This document shows, in pieces, positions 59,288 to 64,000 of a DNA stretch of 64,000 nucleotides. Every line of letters starts with the position of its first letter. Position 1 is the stretch's first letter. The stretch comes from Octopus sinensis (taxonomy: Eukaryota): contig NC_043016.1 of the NCBI RefSeq assembly GCF_006345805.1, positions 14,818,001 through 14,882,000 on the forward strand, in the 5' to 3' direction. Both the position numbers and the translations under genes were made by a program. The notes under the pieces were generated by a model. It was not told the origin of the DNA. It was given only the letters and a program-made list of their open reading frames with translations, and ran no database searches.

Positions 59288-61300
59288 GCATATACAGGTA
59301 TACATCAACGTATGTTGGTAATTGTTCCAAAATTTAACTCAAAAAACGACGCAACATTTAAGAAAAATCGCTTAATTCATTAGCTTTTATCTTTGTACAT
59401 ATTTTTACTTGTTTTCCACTTCAATATTAATTTTTAGATGTTTGCTTTTTATGCCTTTAAATGTTCTCTGAGACCGATTTCGAATCGGATAAATCGAATG
59501 AAATTGAAGTTTGTTATTTTTTTTTTTCCGTTAATTTCTTTAAAAAGAAAAACGACGTAAAGTCGAAAAAGATGTAACTCGAAACGACATAAGTTGAGGT
59601 ATGCCTCTTTCTTCGTTGGGCACAAGGGCCGCAATTACACATACTAAGATCGAAAATAATTATTGCAACAGTTGCTCTCATTTCATAACCACTTTTCATT
59701 CATTTATTTTAACATTGCAGATGTTTTTTTTTGGTTTTTTTTAGCTTTATTTTATTTCGTTGTTCGCCGGTTTTCGAAAATTGTGCGTACAAGAAGGTGT
59801 GTACCGGGTTAGGATTAGGGAGATAAATTTAATGGATATAGAAATGGATTTACTGATCTACTACTGAACTGATGGTTTTACTGGCTAAGATAAGGATTTT
59901 CATTAAAAAAAAAAAACTATTTTTTTTTTCTTTCAAAATGTATATTACATAATTTGACAAATGTTTAAAAGAAATATTACATTAGAAGAGATTTGTGTAG
60001 AGAGAAGGGAATGCCTACAATACACCAATTTTCTGCTCGCTCTGTCTGTCTGTCTGTCTCCTTCTCCTCCTCTCTCCCCACTCTCTCATCTCCCCCCCCT
60101 CTCTCTCTCTGAATCTGAAGCTTACTTGCAACACACACAGACAGACACACACACACATTCGAATCAATAATGGAGATCCTACGCTGTTGTTAGGTCTGCT
60201 AGACATAGCAGCTAACCCGCCCTTAAATCACGTCCCCCTGACTTGGAAAAAGAAGGAAAGATTGACATCGCTAGTGCAGTCTCATGTACAGTATGCCTTA
60301 CAAAATAATAATAATGATAATAATGATTTCTTTTATAATAATAATACATTAAAATAAACGGAATGGCATGGTTAGAATGCCTTTGGTTATAGTTTACTAA
60401 ACTGAGGTCAAATCTGGAACTAAACTACTACAAAGCTCATGTAGTCATTCCACATGGTAAAAACAGCAGCAAAATGTCCCTCAAATCCCCCACCCCTAAG
60501 GCAGCGTTGGACGCGTAGTATTAGATGTGTGATACCTGACACAAAAAAAAAATCACGTTAGTTATGGCTGGAACACTTTCGATTATTGGTCTCCTCAACT
60601 AGGACTGGCCTGGCGCTGCACTTGAATAAAACCAACGACAGAGCACCTGCGTGATTGCTTGATCTGCTAGAAATAGCAGCGACGTCGCCCTCGTATTCCA
60701 CTCTGCTTCTGCCGCCTTTAAGTGAGGTAATGACGTAGAAAATGAAAGTAAACTTGTGTGCAATATTACTGTTAACGTCCTTGACCTCGTGCACACAACA
60801 GAAGCATCACTTGCAAATAAAACATCCTTCTATACGAGTCCACCACTCAGATTAATTAAATTCAGTTTAGTTAATCTTAGTAAGCGCTTACGTGAAATGA
60901 TGTTTTATATGTAAAATGAGAGAACATATATGTATATAAAATGTTTTTTGTCCGTTTCGTTTTGTTTCTTAGGTCAAGGACATTACGTAAGTTATTCGAC
61001 AGGCAAATCATAGATGGGATGGTTTCAGCTACAGTAATATTTTTCTGAGGCTGCTCAGGCAAACTTTACCTGAGGCTAAACAACAAAGTGGATGATATAA
61101 AATGACAAATAAATAATAGATTAGCAAAAAAGGGCCATGGTGTATTTCGCTTTCTCAATCTCCGGATAACTGCCGTGCGAAAAACTACGTAAACAGTAAC
61201 ATGAAAACGAAAGTGTGGATCTAACAGCAGACACTGCAGGTGTGTGTGTGTGCGCGCGTACGTGATAGCGTGAATGAGTGTGTGTGTGTGTGTTCTCTTT
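58300..61300. promoter_or_regulatory. CpG-retaining, repeat-poor region; putative promoter / first-exon zone
   Basis: CpG dinucleotides are visibly frequent here and scarce in the preceding unique DNA. GC box (CCCGCCC, ~60216), TCACGTC (~60228) and CGCCCGCGCCCGC (~58452). GT donors on both strands: minus at 58468 and 60125, plus at 59600. Confidence 0.4.
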
Positions 61301-61796
61301 TTATTTCTAATTTGAGAGAAAATTTTGACCGGCCACCAACACTTGGTTGTGAAGGAAAGTAACTTCTTTGAACCATAATCCTTTAAATTTTAAAAAGGTC
61401 TTGCAAATTTTAATAGTCTCAGATACCATGATCGTACGTAACATATGAATTAAGGATTTGTATTCTCTCCCCAAGATCCCAAATTCAGGTATACTTTGCT
61501 CCAAATAGGTTGGGATGTATCCTGTTGCTTCCATAATAACAGGTATGAAACTGAAAGGGTATCTTGGGTGCTGGATTTGCAAACTCCTTTTCAATGGTTC
61601 ATCGAAGTGCTCTTTGCCTTCTATTTTGCCAACAACATTCGTGCCCAGGGGACAACTGATTTCCACAACAGAACATCTTTTTTGTGTGTGTGGTTCTACA
61701 TGATACCTGGTCAGTCGTGTTTTAACTTATTGACTGGTTTGGTTTTAATTTCCTCCAATATTCCTTTGACCCATTAGTCTCTAAATGGTCAAGTTC
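61300..61796 (-). mobile_element. R4-clade (RLE) retrotransposon 3' fragment
   Basis: KEYWR...KLKHD*PGIM..KRCSVVEISCPLG...LQIQHPRYPFSFIPVIMEATGY...TIKICKTFLKF. Related to 31948-33735. Confidence 0.85.
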
Positions 61797-61827
<31 letters not shown>

Positions 61828-62220
61828 TGTATGTATGTATGTATGTATGTATGTATGTATGTATGTATGTATGTATGTATGTATGTATGTATGTATGTAT
61901 GCATGTATGTATGTATGCTTGCATTTATCTATGTATGTATGTGTGTGTGTATGTATGTATGTATGTATGTATGTATGTATGTATATATGCATGTATGTAT
62001 GTATGTATGTAATGTATGTATGTATGTATGCATGTATGTATGTATGTTTGTATGTATGTATGCATGTATGTAATGTATGTATGTATGTATGTTTGTATGT
62101 ATGCATGTATGTATGTATGCATACTTGCATGTATGCATGCATGTATGTATGTATGCTTGCATTTATCTATGTATGTATATATGTATGTATGCTTGCATGT
62201 ATGTATGTATGTATGTATGT
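61797..62220. repeat. (TATG)n microsatellite
   Basis: Direct inspection. Confidence 0.98.
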
Positions 62221-62413
62221 CGTTATTCAGTTTAATTTCAAGATTTCTTGCCAATAGAGACAGAACCAGTTTCTAACCTAGAGCCAAGGCTCCTTCATTG
62301 GAATTTCAACATCAACAACAGGGTATTTTTGTATGTATGTATATGCAGATTTCTTGTTTTATGTATGTCTTCTCATGCATATACTTGCATATCTAGACAT
62401 GCTCATACATGTA

Positions 62414-62526
62414 GGGTGGTTACCAGAAAAGCGGAAAATTTGATGCTTATTGTTCACATCAAACAGAGCTTGTGAAAATAGAAATCAGCATTTCTCAAAT
62501 TTTCTGCTTTTCTAGTGACCTCCCTA
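62414..62526. mobile_element. Small TA-flanked MITE
   Basis: TAGGGTGGTTACCAGAAAAGCGGAAAATTTGA is inverted as TCAAATTTTCTGCTTTTCTAGTGACCTCCCTA. Confidence 0.75.
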
Positions 62527-63349
62527 TACTTAAATGATAAACTTCTGGAAAGTTTTACAGATTTTTACAACTCAAAGACGTTGCACTGAAATGGTGAATA
62601 TAAAGGGCCATTCGACTTTGCCTTCAATCATTTTGGGGCAGATGTAATGAACTTAGCTCTTGCACCAAAATCGCTGGCCTTGTGCTAAAGCGTGAAACCA
62701 ATACATAAAATGGGAGGGAGGTGAAGAACAACAATAAAATAAAGACATAGGTAGACAATAGGGGGAAAAGAGGGAACTTATGTAATGTTTGGTGGGGGGA
62801 GAGAGGGAGCGAGACAAAGGGGTGCACAGGGACAGAGGCCAGAGGTATGTAAGGGTGTATATTATGAGTGAGAAACAAAAGTGATGAGGTCTGTTGATGT
62901 GAGAGGACGTTTAAGGAAAATAAAGTGATAAGAGGTGATCTTGAAAATGCAAGATGGATGACAAGAGAAAGAGAGAGAGAGAGAGAGAACTGGTGGCACA
63001 AAAGCGGTGGGGTATGGAATATGTGCAGTTTTGCACCCGTATATTTACAACTACTCTTCTTTCACCAATTTTCATCACCAGTGATGACCTTCTGTTGTAA
63101 TCCAACGTCGGACTGTTGTAACATCCACTCTGGTATAGCAGTATAGTTAGTTAGACAAATAAGACATGACTATCTATGACTGACTTCTTGACCACTCAAC
63201 TTCCTACGGCACAGTATTTGTAATGACTGGTACATACCACTTGTCACATGGTAGGGGTGTTCCATTATTATTATTATTAACCCCATAATATCCCCCCTTT
63301 TAAGTTTTTTTTTCTTTTACAGGGAGAGCAATTTTATTTCTTTTTTAAC

Positions 63350-64000
63350 ATTATCATCATCATCATCGTTTAACATCCGCTTTCCATGCTAGCATGGGTT
63401 GGACGGTTCAACTGGGGTCTGGGAAGCCAGGGGCTGCACCAGGCTCCAGTCAGATCTGGCAGTGTTTCTACAGCTGGATGCCCTTCCTAACGCCAACCAC
63501 TCCGTGAGTGTAGTGGGTGCTTTTTATGTGCCAGACGAGGCTGGCAAACGGCCACGCTCGGATGGTGTTTTTTATGTGCCACCGACACAGGTGCCAGACG
63601 AGGCTGGTGAACGGCCACGCTCGGATGGTGTTTTTTATGTGCCACCGACACAGGTGCCAGACGAGGCTGGTGAACGGCCACGCTCGGATGGTGTTTTTTA
63701 TGTGCCACTGGCACGGAGGCCAGGCGGGGCTGGCATGCCCTCGGTCGGATGGTGTTTGTTACGTGCCCACAGAATGGAGGCCAGTCGATGCGGTACTGGC
63801 TACGGCCATGTTCGGATGGCTTTCTTATGTGCCACCGGCACTGGTACCACAAAAATACAAATTCCATTGATGTTCATCGATTTTGATTTGGTTTGATTTT
63901 TTGATTTTCACTTGCCTCAACAAGTCTTTACAAGTGTCCCAAGAAGGAAGGTATGCACAGGTGGACTGACTACGTCCCAGGTAGAGGCCATGGTTTATGG
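63350..64000 (-). mobile_element. RTE 3'UTR with 5-6 hairpin units, running off the window
   Basis: CGGATGG recurs at 63559, 63622, 63685, 63746 and 63813. The upstream part shares GACTTGTTGAG.CAAGT with the 38195 copy. Confidence 0.92.

Noticed and set aside
63517-63850. CRISPR-like repeat/spacer pattern (also 6760-6985 and 38465-38830)
   Set aside because: The spacers are homologous or identical to each other, there are no cas genes, the context is eukaryotic, and the array is embedded in an RTE 3'UTR. It is a minisatellite.

Overview
AT-rich, microsatellite- and transposon-saturated animal genomic DNA. The repeat content is most consistent with a coleoid cephalopod such as Octopus (inference, no search run). 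No intact, nameable protein-coding gene is visible, and most ORFs in the track come from microsatellites. The window holds: (i) dozens of tRNA-headed SINE copies of at least four families; (ii) many 5'-truncated RTE LINE 3' ends whose 3'UTR carries a variable array of 60-67 bp hairpin units; (iii) relics of mariner/Tc1, hAT (Buster-like), CR1-group, R4/Dong and Penelope elements; (iv) several palindromic MITE-like elements; (v) a possible minus-strand multi-exon gene starting in a CpG-retaining region near 58.3-61.3 kb (low confidence). The most notable signal is a set of minimal type-I hammerhead ribozyme motifs read directly from the sequence (11.3, 13.9, 46.3, 46.7, 48.0, 50.0 and 50.4 kb, plus a decayed one at 48.4 kb). 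They sit in at least five unrelated non-coding repeat families. Two lie in the loops of MITE-like hairpins and share an unusual U.U pair at the base of stem II, and one lies in a ~300 bp tandem, retrozyme-like unit. The second signal is R4/Dong-like retrotransposon fragments whose junctions abut specific microsatellites, (TAA)n for one family and (CATA)n/(CA)n for the other. Repeat coordinates are approximate (about +/-20 bp) unless TSDs or motif positions are given.
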